DNA of 63,108 nt, the filler included, from Phoronis australis (taxonomy: Eukaryota; Animalia; Phoronida): the NCBI GenBank assembly GCA_002633005.1. It is 3 parts of 3 records of this genome, joined end to end, with 100 filler letters (N's around TTAATTAATTAA, not from the genome) between each part and the next. Parts side by side here need not be neighbours in the genome. Positions count along the whole stretch, not along the records: positions 22,195 to 50,919 come from NMRA01000606.1; positions 51,020 to 63,108 come from NMRA01001655.1; 1 more part is not named here. One strand, written 5' to 3'. The notes beneath the pieces were generated by a model. That model had not been told where the DNA came from. It ran no database searches and was given only the letters and a program-made list of their open reading frames with translations. The translations under genes were made by a program, and so were the position numbers. This document shows positions 41,001-51,197 of this stretch, piece after piece. How positions within the stretch are numbered: position 1 is the first letter of the stretch; every line of letters starts with the position of its first letter.

Positions 41001-41681
41001 GTAGAATTTTCAAAAACCTTCTGAGTCTAGATAGATTGGGTATAAGACACGTCATTCAAATTTTGACGGGCCACTGTAACCTAGCCCGACACAGACACAT
41101 TACTGGGCATATGGGGAGCCCTGTGTGTCCTGAGTGTGGTACTGACGTAGAATCTCCTAAACACCTGGTATATCTTGCCTAGCTTTTTATAGGCTAAGGA
41201 GCAACCTAGTGGATGGCACTGTTACATGCCTACTACATATAGTGCATGGCAATAAATGGAAACGTCTGTCTGTTTTCCTAAAGGAGACTGGCAGACTTGA
41301 AAACTTTCTTCACGAAGAGCCATAATTGGGCTCCTGTGCTTTTGCTCAGGTGTTTTGTGCAATGGGCCCAACCATGAGGCCTGGGCACGTCTGATGCACC
41401 GCAAATGACATTAGGCCACCTGCATTGTTTTTGTTTTGATCACGTGCTTCTGCCACCAGGTGACTCTGATGATTTTGGATCAAGACAACCGTAACCACAT
41501 CATAGATGCTTTTCGGCCAGACGAGGCGAGCTCCTCATTCAAGCGACCTACATCCGAGATGAACATCGCCAGTGGCTGTCCTATGTTCTCAGCATTTGAT
41601 CGTCTGATCCAGAACAAACACAACTATTTGCGAGATGACACCTTATTTGTTAAGTGCATTGTGGATACTTCTAACTTGTAA
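22910..41681 (+). CDS. TRAF2: TNF receptor-associated factor 2-like (552 aa, 11 coding exons): RING, 5 TRAF zinc fingers, coiled coil, MATH/TRAF-C
   Basis: Exons 22910-23091, 24929-24998, 28873-28971, 30155-30388, 31672-31749, 33635-33865, 34317-34422, 34860-35038, 37598-37679, 39069-39244, 41460-41681. All introns GT-AG and phase-compatible, sum 1659 nt. TRAF2-like hallmarks KYLC..C..VLR.P.Q..CGHRYC, FPDNA.RR, LKD.A.A, YDGV.VWKI.DF..KR.EAVAGR, DAFRPD..SSSF.RP..MNIASGCP. Orthology within TRAF1/2/3/5 needs phylogeny. Confidence 0.9.
23988..24022 (+). ncRNA. Minimal hammerhead-ribozyme-like motif (PLE pLTR type)
   Basis: gc-TTGATGAT-[gagac atgca gtctc]-GAAA-tata-gc. Same topology as 45760-45797. 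The core is non-canonical. Confidence 0.35.
24929..24998 (+). CDS. TRAF2: TRAF2-like exon 2 (RING C-part)
   Basis: tttttag|T CAA..QTQCPICAKED..ET|gtaatg. Confidence 0.85.
25331..28124. mobile_element. Possible old hAT-type element bounded by CAGTGTTCTCCACAT inverted termini
   Basis: Inverted 15-mers at 25331 and 28110-28124, same terminus as MITE 28244-28735. No TSD seen. Confidence 0.4.
26214..27521. mobile_element. ~1.3-kb foldback MITE with ~550-bp imperfect inverted arms
   Basis: e.g. ctcattcttccagctgagaac (~26312) vs gttctcagctggaagaatgag (~27402). tgcgcatgtcaat and gtaaggacc are mirrored at ~27135-27190. Confidence 0.7.
28244..28735. mobile_element. Palindromic hAT-type MITE (~490 bp)
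   Basis: TIR CAGTGTTCTCCAC. Nearly whole-length inverted symmetry. Confidence 0.8.
28873..28971 (+). CDS. TRAF2: TRAF2-like exon 3
   Basis: tatag|MFPDNAIRRDLNRLDVKCPIKHCDWKGKYKDYI|gtaaga. Confidence 0.9.
30155..30388 (+). CDS. TRAF2: TRAF2-like exon 4 (zinc fingers)
   Basis: acag|EHEVKCEYMLVACPQGC..H..C..CKEC..HLEVC..CSGCGRDIQRDQ|gtagga. Confidence 0.9.
30395..30945 (+). mobile_element. Helentron/HINE-like repeat starting 6 bp after an exon donor
   Basis: ttttta..cccacata..tatgtgg hairpin, then (ccgt)n microsatellite and a ~300-bp-spaced internal repeat. A related decayed copy lies near 29090-29220. Confidence 0.45.
30949..31459 (+). mobile_element. 5'-truncated 3' end of LOA/R1-group LINE (same family as 39540-41438)
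   Basis: Near-identical to ~40953-41430. LTGHCNLARH..CPECG..ESPKHL zinc knuckle and T-rich tail, followed by degenerate (TAA)n to ~31620. Confidence 0.85.
31672..31749 (+). CDS. TRAF2: TRAF2-like exon 5
   Basis: ctgtag|MSAHQDPVKGSCSRQYAPCVYGCKDM|gtatgt. Confidence 0.8.
32080..33545. repeat. ~29-bp G-rich minisatellite spanning a gap
   Basis: (actacagggtgggatggagtgcaggtggt)-like units on both sides of the N run 32287-33272. Confidence 0.9.
33635..33865 (+). CDS. TRAF2: TRAF2-like exon 6
   Basis: ttttag|IKSDNVQSHNKKCVVQHVESLLERL..ENMA|gtgagt. Confidence 0.85.
34317..34422 (+). CDS. TRAF2: TRAF2-like exon 7
   Basis: tgtcag|APSKG..LETKISSLN(G nt)|gtaagt. Supplies the phase-1 link needed by exon 8. 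Confidence 0.8.
34860..35038 (+). CDS. TRAF2: TRAF2-like exon 8 (coiled coil)
   Basis: ttccag|..MERDLALKDIALAEQNLRLQ|gtacgt. Confidence 0.9.
35059..36372 (-). mobile_element. Kolobok-type transposon derivative with decayed THAP-domain/zinc-ribbon transposase N-terminus
   Basis: AGG..CCT termini flanked by CTAA/TTAA and ~300-bp inverted arms. Minus strand PRCCCVPGC..RRFPKD..W..LKKGTIPSL (THAP) and LELFGRCQVCG..G..CVAGH..WDS. Frameshifted. Confidence 0.8.
37598..37679 (+). CDS. TRAF2: TRAF2-like exon 9 (MATH start)
   Basis: ttctag|ALDLISYDGVLVWKITDFSKKRAEAVA(G)|gttggt. Confidence 0.9.
38113..38273. mobile_element. hAT-type MITE with 5-bp TSD
   Basis: CAGTGGCGGATTTAG..CTAGATCCGCCCCTG. TTAAG at 38108-38112 and 38274-38278. 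The first 9 nt (cagtggcag) are duplicated. Confidence 0.75.
38335..38600 (+). mobile_element. Decayed Penelope-like GIY-YIG remnant
   Basis: GVIYMIECPDYPANYVGETARNL.. and, after frameshifts, KYWNRKIREAVEI. Confidence 0.7.
39069..39244 (+). CDS. TRAF2: TRAF2-like exon 10 (MATH)
   Basis: tacag|[58 protein letters not shown]|gtgagt. Confidence 0.95.
39540..41438 (+). mobile_element. 5'-truncated LOA/Lian-like (R1 group) LINE: RT C-terminus, RNase H, zinc knuckle; frameshifted
   Basis: PQGG..SPTLFN..QAYADDIV, YLGVIL..LSW..HI, YTDGSK..GAG, TVFQAE..AI, IFSDSQAA, WVKAH..NE.AD, TGH. 11-bp TSD atcacRtgctt (39529-39539/41439-41449). Confidence 0.9.
41460..41681 (+). CDS. TRAF2: TRAF2-like exon 11 (MATH end, stop)
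   Basis: caccag|VTLMILDQDNRNHIIDAFRPDEASSSFKRPTSEMNIASGCPMF..YLRDDTLFVKCIVDTSNL*. Confidence 0.95.
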   Translation: MTLMILDQDNRNHIIDAFRPDEASSSFKRPTSEMNIASGCPMFSAFDRLIQNKHNYLRDDTLFVKCIVDTSNL

Positions 41682-44600
41682 TTTTAAGTAATATGGGACT
41701 ATTTTGAGCTTTGCTTTAAGTTGGGTAATTATGGTTTTTGAAGACCGGAATGAATGGATTTTTGTTATTTAGACTAGCTTTTTTAGATCATCCAAAGAGT
41801 CTGAGCAATGTTTTACCAATGCATGGACAACGCAACCAAGTCAGTGTTTTGAGTGTTTAGAAGCACAAACTTGTCAAATGATACCTAAAGTAACATTTGT
41901 GTTGATCATACAGCTCTAGCCCTGGAATGCCAACTGCCGCACGTGACCTATTCTATTATTAGAGCTTGGAGAGACGAGACGCGAGAGTTTGCACTGAGAA
42001 TTTCCGGCTGCCTCCTTGACTGAGTTTCGATCAAGAGTTCTAGTTATCAAATAATGCTTAATTTCATTGCATTTTTTCACTTTGCTATTATCGTTCGTCA
42101 TGCGAGACTCTTGAGGCACCATTCCATACAATCACCAAATTTTTGGCAAAATCAATCAACAAACTCAGCTATTACGTAGGTCATTTTTATAAGCACTGAC
42201 CTGTGGCTCTGGGTGGATCCCAGGAGTGCATGTAGTTTGATATCTGATATCTTTTCAGTTCCACTTGTAGAACTACTTTTGACAACTCAATTGTTTCTAT
42301 AATTATTCATGTGTGCAATGTTTACCTGTTGCTTAGGTGCCGTTTCTTAATTCCATTTCTGAGAAGTACTGTTATCTCTAGTATTTACCTACACCCATGA
42401 AATAAAATGAAAAGTTTACCTTGTAAATGAATCCAACCTGAGAGCATACAATGTATTTGGCAACTGCCCTGCTCTTGTCGGACTTTCCCTCTTTTTTGCA
42501 TTTTTTTTCGCCATCCGCCACTCCATCTAAATGTCCCGCTTTTTAACATATGGTACACTATAATAATTGTAATTTCCCAGGTGACATAGCCACATATTCC
42601 CATCAAGTAAATAAAAAAGTAAAACTTATCATGGGTTTTGCAGCAGTTATAGTTTCTCATTTAAGTATAAAAACACTGGCATTTTTGGCTGTTACCATGT
42701 TGATAGGTCTTTGTGTTTTGCAGCAAACATTTCACTCTTACATTTTGGTCGAGACCAATATGTCCCGCTTTTTTCCCTGAAGTCTCGCTTTTCAATCCAG
42801 GTTCTGTTTTTCGTTCTTGAATGTTGCGGTGACAACTATGCAACAGGTATTCAAAATAAGATTGTCTGTTTTTATGAATATTGTACGTTTTTTCCAGAAG
42901 CCACTTTCTTACCTGGAATAACAATCACAAAAATTAGTTCCAATGTCTCTTTTTAGGGTAACATACTCTACATGTATCAGGATCACTAACATTTACATTC
43001 AGAAGAAAAGTGTCGTTCTAAACCTTTATGGAAAGCTGTGCACTACAACCATTGTGATTAGCTAATCACAGCACATCTCAAAGGTAACTGATAGATGTTC
43101 ACCCATTTTTATCTATCAGGAAACCTTTATCTTCAAATTTCAGATTGATACTCTGAGTAGTGTATGGTATTTCTTCGTAAATGTCACTGTTTGATCAATT
43201 ATTTGGCAGTGAAACAACGAGAGGCTGAATCAAGTGTGTGATCATTCAATGTTCCCGGACTCACTTATCCCGCTGTCCTCCAAGATGGCCGACGGGATCC
43301 AAACATAGTGACCCAAATTTCGCCACAAAAATTGCAATAATTTTACACTACTTGCCCCGATTTTGATACTTTTTCGATTTGTACTGAGTAGAATGCACTA
43401 ACTTTCGGATGATAACGAGAAAAAAATGAAAACGAAAAAAAAATTGGTTCGACCCATATTGGTTCCTAGGTTCGACCGGCCTACATAAGGAAATAAACAC
43501 CAATGCTATTTTAACATTCTAAGTACGCGTAACATTCCAAAAAATTCAACGACCACTAACTACAAACGAATGCAAACGAATCAGGAGATATTACTAATAA
43601 AACAAAATAATGAAGACTTTTCGAGCAAGCGATAGCACATTTTAGTTACAAGGTAAAAATAGCGGCTTTCAGGACAAGTTCCTGAACTGATGAGCCGGAA
43701 ATGTGGGTACGGAAATAATCGATGACAGCCTGTAATTATACGCTTTCAGAGAAGGGTCAAATACTGTTAAAAAATCGCTTTTGTCAAGAAAGGCGAAAAG
43801 AATATAAAGGAAGGTTGTCGAAAATAAGATTTTATGTTCTAGTAAGTATTTTCGTATACTGGAACCACATGGGCATTTTGCAACCACACTGAGGTCTTTA
43901 AGAGTCTCAGCATTCGGAACTTTTATTGAATAATTGTAGCAGTTAATTACAATATATAATGCGATATATAAAATGTACAATTTTGCATAACTAAGTGTGA
44001 GTAATCCTTATTCTGAAAACCACTGTCGTGATAGGGAGGAAATACTTAGAATCATTGAAATTATTTCCTTATTAACTAGTCATCTAGATAACTCTCCGGT
44101 CCATTTCCGTTTTATGTCACTGTTACAGGCTGTTATTTTTTTCATTTTGTGAACACTCTTGGTTTTTGGAATTGAAAAATATTTTTTAATCCAATCAGGT
44201 ATGCGAAATGGTAGTTTCTGACAGACGGGCTTCTAATGATGTAGCTCTTACGCAAGTCTGTTGAAAAACTGCAGAATTGCAAAAAGTTTTGATGACGGTA
44301 TATTCTATAGTGAGTACACTCACCCCAACAAACAAATGCAAACAACTCTTAACTCTCACGCATGCGCAGCGCAACCTCAGAGGCCGCGAGATTGGAGTTA
44401 GTGGCATTCCAGGGCTAGAGTTTTGTGCTGAAAATTGAAAGCTCATGCAAATTGAACGTGAATTGCTCAGCTCAGCTCCTCAGCTATGATTCACTAGGGA
44501 CACGCTGTTTAGCTTGTACATACTCTGCCAGCTAGCTCTATGACCACCTTAATATAATTAGAATCATCCCCATAAGAATAAAACATATAAGGATTGCCAA

Positions 44601-45716
44601 TAACAAGCCCATTCCCTTCTGTAAAATATCGAAGAGAAGAGCAATGTGTTTTCATTGCTATCTGTGGTAGAAGTTTGTATCTGCTGCTTTTGTTCACCCA
44701 TATTTGTGGTAGAGTTAAGAACAACATTGTACAGGTGTTCAAAAATCAACCCTACTTTGGTAGTGTAAGGCCAAAAGTTGAGACCTGCAATTCTTTAACA
44801 TGTTGATAATTATTTGGATAGATACGATCTCAACATCTTTCAGAAACTTGAGTGGCCGCAGAATTTGTTAAATAGGTCGAAGACGTTTTTTTTTGTAAAC
44901 ATTTTATCAATGGAAGGATGTAGAATGTGCTACTTAAACTATATGGAAGCAAAAGGATAAGAAGACAAATCTCATTGCCCCCGCCATTGTGTCATGGACC
45001 GTAGCGACACCTAGCGGGTGACTAATGTGTGTGCGCAGACGAAGTACGCGAGACATCAACTGCTATGGCTCATTTTAATTTGTCAAATTCCAAACGGTGA
45101 AGTGTCTTCGTTTAAAATATTGAGAAAATATGACCGGAGCATTGGAAAAATACATAAGTAGGCAACAAATAAGAGTAAATCAAGAAAAAAATTTGGGCAA
45201 CAAAGCTGATATAAACTACGAGAAATAGGCTTACATCATTACTGAAGTAAGAGGGTGACTCAGTAATCAGTGGAGAGCAGGTCAAAGTAATTGACACAAG
45301 GATACCTAATTTCCCGACTTGATGTTTAAGACCCTTGTCAAAACAAAAATCTAAACACAGACGCTTGTCAAAACAAACAGCATCGTCATTGAGGGTAACA
45401 GGGTTTGCAAGGCAGAACACAAGATACCGAAGTACGCGCCGATGTAGGTCTCAGTATAACTTTAAATGAACACTCGATGGCAAATTTCAATCAGACGACC
45501 AAACCATACAATTAAAATATGTTATTCACAGAAGACTATACCACGATCGAAAATAAATGTGCACTCCGAATGGTATTCGAAATTGCACAAAACGCAATGC
45601 ATCTCCGCCATATATTTCTGTATTTCGGGGGCAAGTTTTCGGTTATACAGAATTGGTTAAACGCACGACACTTTTCATTGTTCACAATCTTTATTCCGTT
45701 ACGTTTGTACTTTCTT

Positions 45717-46600
45717 AACATAGATAAAGTAACTGACCTAGCGACATAATTAAAAGACGCACGATATTTCGAAACATACTTGTTTCATTCTTAAGTGAAC
45801 ATAAAATGACGCAAAGCATAAGCTGATGACACACACACTGGGACATGGCGGGTGTGAAATACTGCAAAGAATGACTANAGTGTAACGTGCTGCGCGACCC
45901 TGCTCATTCAAAACAGGCTTCTGAAAAGCAATTAAAAGGGACTCTTAATATTTTCAATCGCAGCACATCGTGCTCCACGTAGCGAATTGACGTGTTTTCC
46001 ACAATTTCTTGACGGGTGATTTTACGTTCGTGACATTGCAGAAAATGATCTTGGATGGCGCCATTTTGACGATGCATAGACAAACGATGGGAAAGACTGC
46101 AAACCGTTTGACCAATGTAACATTGTTTGACGTTTGAACGAAGACATTCGTTCATAGGGCATACAAACTTATGAACAACACTACACTGTGCAACGGGGCG
46201 GACTTTCGCTTTAGAAATGTTATTTTTCATGACCAAGTTGGAGGACTTCCTATTCCGATAATAAATAATAACATCGAGGTAATCATCAGACTTACAAACT
46301 ATCAGGCTAACATTACCTTTAATAATTTTCTTAATGGCGTGTTAGTCTTGGAGGTAATTATTAGACATGACATTTTTGTAAAATATCGTTTTTGTCACAC
46401 CGGGCCGACGTGCAGGGACTTCACAGCTAATTCTGGACACAAATCACTTAACATGGAAGCCTAAAAAAGCATTGGTATACCCATTATTCACCAGTGTTTG
46501 TCTTATGCGATCTACCTCTTGATTGAAAAATAGCCAGTTGGACGACACCGAATACGCCCTCTTTTAATTATGTCGCTAGGTCAGTTACTTTATCTATGTT
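45717..46600 (-). mobile_element. 5'-truncated Penelope-like element (RT C-terminus + GIY-YIG) bounded by inverted repeats
   Basis: RAYSVSSNWLFFNQEVDRIRQTLVNNGY and VVHKFVCP..C..YIGQT..L..RL.MH..GAI..H. Perfect 40-bp inverted repeat 45717-45756/46561-46600. Hammerhead-like motif at 45760-45797. Confidence 0.85.
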
Positions 46601-47534
46601 CAGTTGAGAGTAGAGTTTTGTTCCAAAGGTATGAAAGTGACGGAATAAAGACTGTGAACTATGAAAAGTGTTTTGCGTTTAACCAATTCTGCATCATGCT
46701 TGGTAAAACAATGTAAAGCAATTTTGTCCATAATTTTCACAATAATTTTTGACAAGCCATATTTTGTTGAAAACGTGATAGCAAAGCACGTAAATTCATT
46801 AAAAAATCAAGTGGTGCTGGCATATCCCACTCGTAAATGTTAATACTGTGAAGTTTCACCAGAATCTGTCAAGTCACTGTCACAAATAATTGAGGGGAGG
46901 ATGAAAATATTGTGGATGAATTTTAAGCCACAACAAACTTGTGATAACGTGTGCCATTTCATGTCATTCTGTACTTAAAAACTGTCCATGTCAAAGTAAA
47001 GTTTAAGTAAGATGAGGTGCAATAACTTGAGCCTGAAAATCATAACAACCATTGAAGCCATTGTGGATGAGAAAATTTTATTAAAACCCTCCATTTAACA
47101 AAGCGTCATTGAACCATGAAGATTCTTTAACGCAACTTTTTGATAACATAATTCTTTTGCATGCCATTGTATGTGAAGAAATTGAATTTCATTGAAAACT
47201 GCAGACACTGATGGTTTGCATGCCAAAAATGACTGAAAAATGGTACTTAGGCTTTTTAGTGCCGCATAACTTCAATACTGACCACCAGAATCTATTGTTT
47301 GTTGTTACTATTTAAAGTTAATAATAGTTAGTAGTAATGTATACTTTTTGTCAATTCAACCTGGAGTTCACTCTGGATTTGTATCAAACTCGAACGTTGA
47401 CTTAGTAATGAAACTAAAATAAGACTAGAAAGGGCAATCGATGCTTTCACAAGTCTAAAAATGCCGCTTAGTTTTTAGGGAACTTAGTTGGGTCCCTATC
47501 ATGCAACCAGGCACTGGAACCCTATTGTTTTCAT

Positions 47535-47820
47535 CATGTTCATCAATGCCACCACCACCATTACCACCATCATCACCACTATTACCACCACCACCAGGCA
47601 CCACCATTACCACCATCATCACCATTATTACCACCACCACCAGGCACCGCCATTACCACCAGGCACCGCCATTACCACCAGGCACCACCACCACCAGGCA
47701 CCACCATTGCCACCATCACCACCAGGCACCACCACCACCATCAGGCACCACTATTACCACCACAATCCACCAGGCACCACCATTACCACCACCACCATTA
47801 TCACCACCGTCGTCATCGTC
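47535..47820. repeat. (CCA)n-type low-complexity repeat
   Basis: Explains the Pro/His/Thr-rich ORFs 47455-48037. Confidence 0.9.
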
Positions 47821-49121
47821 CCTTTTAAGTTTATTTCGCCAGGTGTCGCTCCTCCGAGTACTTTCATGTTTTGACGTATACGGCAAAAAATCGGTACAAT
47901 TATTGTACCGAACGTGTGCTACAGATGTACTGGAGATCATTTACTTCCGGTCCAAGATGGCGAAAATATTGGCAATTGCGAATGCGCATTTCGATTTCGG
48001 GACAAACACGTTTTGTCCTGCAGAGGGCGTATTATAGGACCAATTGCTTCGAAATTTTTCATGTGTTGGTTTCCTTTGACTAGCTATCATTAATTTCTGC
48101 TTAACCAGAAATTACTTTCAAGATGGCAGATCTGGCGCATTTTCATCCATTTCCAGTCGTGCTGACGTGCCATTTTGAACTGGAGGAGAAAGTGACGTGA
48201 TTTTTTGCATGTGGATTCTGTGAGGCATAGTCTTTCGAATGACAATTTTTCTCGCATTTACTGTTTTTGAGTTATTTGCTTTTGAATTTCAAAAAATGCA
48301 AAATTTGAAATTTTTCGAAAAGTTTTTCGCAATTTTGTAAATCTACATCGTTGTAAAGACGTTTTTCGTTTTTCCCTGGGACGTCCACTTTTCAAATTAT
48401 CTCTGATTTTCTGGTAACACTGTTCCTTTGTTGACCGATTTTGCTGCAGTGTTGTTCGTTTACCTTCTAGTGAACGAGACTGTTTTCTACTGATTTCCAA
48501 CATATTCATTCGACATATGTTCATCATCGCCACCATCATCATCATCGCCACCATCATCTCCATTGAGATATTTTCAGTTAATTTCGCCATGTGCACTGTC
48601 AATTGACCCAGGACAGTACACACTGCACAACAGCGCACGACATAGTCCAGCAATGTTCATATGTTATGAAACTGGACCAATGTCGTGATAACCAGAAAAA
48701 TATGGAATTAACATATGCAATGAAATATAATAGAGTGTCCGAAACGAGTGGTCCACCATATTTGTTTCATATGGAGCACTCGTCTGCTAGATGTCGCTAC
48801 CGTCCATGAACAATGTATCCCAGTTGCCATCCAATGGGATTTTTCTAGGAGATTTGTCTCCCTCTGAACGGTCTCTGGTGGAGGTCATATGATCTTACCT
48901 GAAGTATAATCTGAGAAATAAATTGCATCAATTTCCATTCTCATCTGACGAAATCCATTCACTGTGCGGCACCGTCTCGATCTTTTATAGCCTTGCCTCG
49001 TTTTGATTTCAACAAGAGAGGGTGCAATTTAGACCCCAAGTCGGCCCCAAAGGAGCTACCGCATAAAACGGTTATCACATGCAAAGAAATACTAAAACCA
49101 TGGACATATAGATTATTACAT

Positions 49122-49424
49122 GGCGAAGTCGTTATCCCCCGTATTCTAGAGCCCGAGTGGATTTTGGAAAATTATCGGCCTTCGGGCGATATTTCTACAA
49201 ATTCCACAAGGACTCTAGAAAAGGGGGATAACGACTGAGAACACTACATGTAGTAGGAAACCACACATGGGAGGCGAAGTCGTTATCCCCCGTATTCTAG
49301 AGCCCGAGTGGATTTTGAAAAAATTATCGGCCTTCGGGCGATATTTCTACAAATTCCACAAGGACTCTAGAAAAGGGGGATAACGACTGAGAACACTACG
49401 TGTAGTAGGAAACCACACATGGGA
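49122..49424. repeat. Tandem duplication (151/152 bp) of a long hairpin
   Basis: Two near-identical copies, each folding agtcgttatcccc..gcc-ttcg-ggc..ggggataacgact. Confidence 0.9.
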
Positions 49425-51197
49425 GGTAAGTCAAAGTCGATTAATACAGTAAACCTCGGTTTAGTCGGGTTTAGTCGGACGCTGTGAAGTCTGCTCTTCG
49501 CTCAGTTCGGACAAAGTCCCATGGAGCGGTTGACATACCATCTCGGCGGATCACAAGGTGCCTGCAAGCGTGTGATAACTGTGTTAATAATTCCCATTCC
49601 CTTCTGCAGGATAGATTTTCTGCCTTTTTGAGGACGAATTCGAAATTTAGAGGCCTATTGCAGGTTCCACAAAGTTGGCTGAAAAAGTACTACCTACCCA
49701 CAATTTTTGATACGCACCTGCGTTCACCTTGTCTCAGGTTTAAGTCGTTTTTTTTTAAATCGAATCTTCGCTCAATTCGGAGAAAATTTGAGGAACAATT
49801 GTCCGAAATCCTCCCTTCTGCCACATATTTTTTCCCCGAACATGCATGTACATGTACCAAAATTTTCGTAGATAAGCCCATGGGCATGTATTCGGAAAAT
49901 GAACATTTCCAGGCGTTTTAGTAACACCAAATAGACGCCCGGGCGTTTATTCGAAAAGGGGCGTGTAAACGGAAAATCATAGCTTTGCTGACTTAGACAT
50001 TTTTTCTTAAAGCTTATATGTTAATAAATGAATAGTTTCCTTGTTTATTTTTATAAATGATAAAGGCTCCACAAAACTGACAAAAAGTTGACGCAGAGTG
50101 CACTGTAAGGGGAAATTTCCCGAGTAAACGCTTCACTGTCTGGACACTTGACATTAGAAGTTGTAACACCAAATAAACACCTATGGGCTTATTCGACAAA
50201 AGGTACCCTGTTAATGAGCCAGCACGATTAAAGGGGACCCATTTGTGGGCAGCATCCGTAAAAAGCCACCGTTTCGTGGTCCTATCCCTGAAAATGGACC
50301 CGTAGGGAAATAATTTAGAAAAGGCACTCTTTCGGAAGGAAATCCGTCAAAAAGGCACCCTTTCGGAGAGAATTTGTCCCAGACAAACCCACCCATCTGA
50401 GCGGCATTTACCGTACACGCCGCCTACGTAAGAACCCCTCGGGTATGAGATACTCGCGTGAAAGCCCCCAAGCTTCGTTAATAAATCTCCGGTCGTTGTC
50501 GGCAAACCACATGTTCAGTTGTGCACCGAAAGCTAAGCCGGACTGTAATCTGTATGATAGCAGGAAGAGGGTGGTTATCTCTTCCTGATGATAGTAAATC
50601 TGTATGACAGATGTTCAGATTTCTAGTGTGCAGACTGCGTTCACGTCATGGGGGAGGCCTTCGCGGTGCGAGCGTGGCAGTTAACAGTCAGTGACGTCGG
50701 CGTTGTTTTGGAAAAATGCGTGGTCGGAAAAAACAATGACGACTTGAGTAGGCAAACTTTAGTTTTAAGTATCAGTCCACGGATCCACCGACCACTGTAC
50801 AGCCAACAAGCGGCAAGGTGGGGGGTCAGCCATTCAGATCCATGTTTAGTCTGATAAATCACATTAGGGATGAGAGAAATTGGGTGAAGTATGACACCAC
50901 AAAGTTTGGTGGTTTAGGANNNNNNNNNNNNNNNNNNNNNNNNNNNNNNNNNNNNNNNNNNNNTTAATTAATTAANNNNNNNNNNNNNNNNNNNNNNNNN
51001 NNNNNNNNNNNNNNNNNNNAATAGCATGTCTAAGTATTGGAATACTTATTTTAGATACTACTTAATTGTATATATCTCTATGTATATAAGTTTCAATTAT
51101 GAATTGTTTACAACCCAGATATAATGCTTCGCGGTTTCTGGGTTTGTTATTATTTCTTTGTATGTTCTGTGTATCCTTCAATAAATATATATCACAG

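Larger units (their letters stand above)
44993..48808. mobile_element. Possible 3.8-kb DNA transposon remnant bounded by CATGGACsGTAGCGACAyCTAGC inverted termini
   Basis: 23-bp inverted match with 2 mismatches at 44993 and 48786-48808. No TSD or transposase recognised. Confidence 0.45.

Noticed and set aside
42385-42956. Several ORFs downstream of TRAF
   Set aside because: The region carries hAT-like terminal motifs (accatatg..aaaaagcgggaca) and gives no coherent protein.
47455-48037. Pro-rich/His-rich ORFs
   Set aside because: (CCA)n low-complexity repeat open in several frames.
50525-50595. GAAA..hairpin..CTGATGA resembling a type II hammerhead (similar case at ~58388-58420)
   Set aside because: Stem II and the NUH cleavage site cannot be formed.
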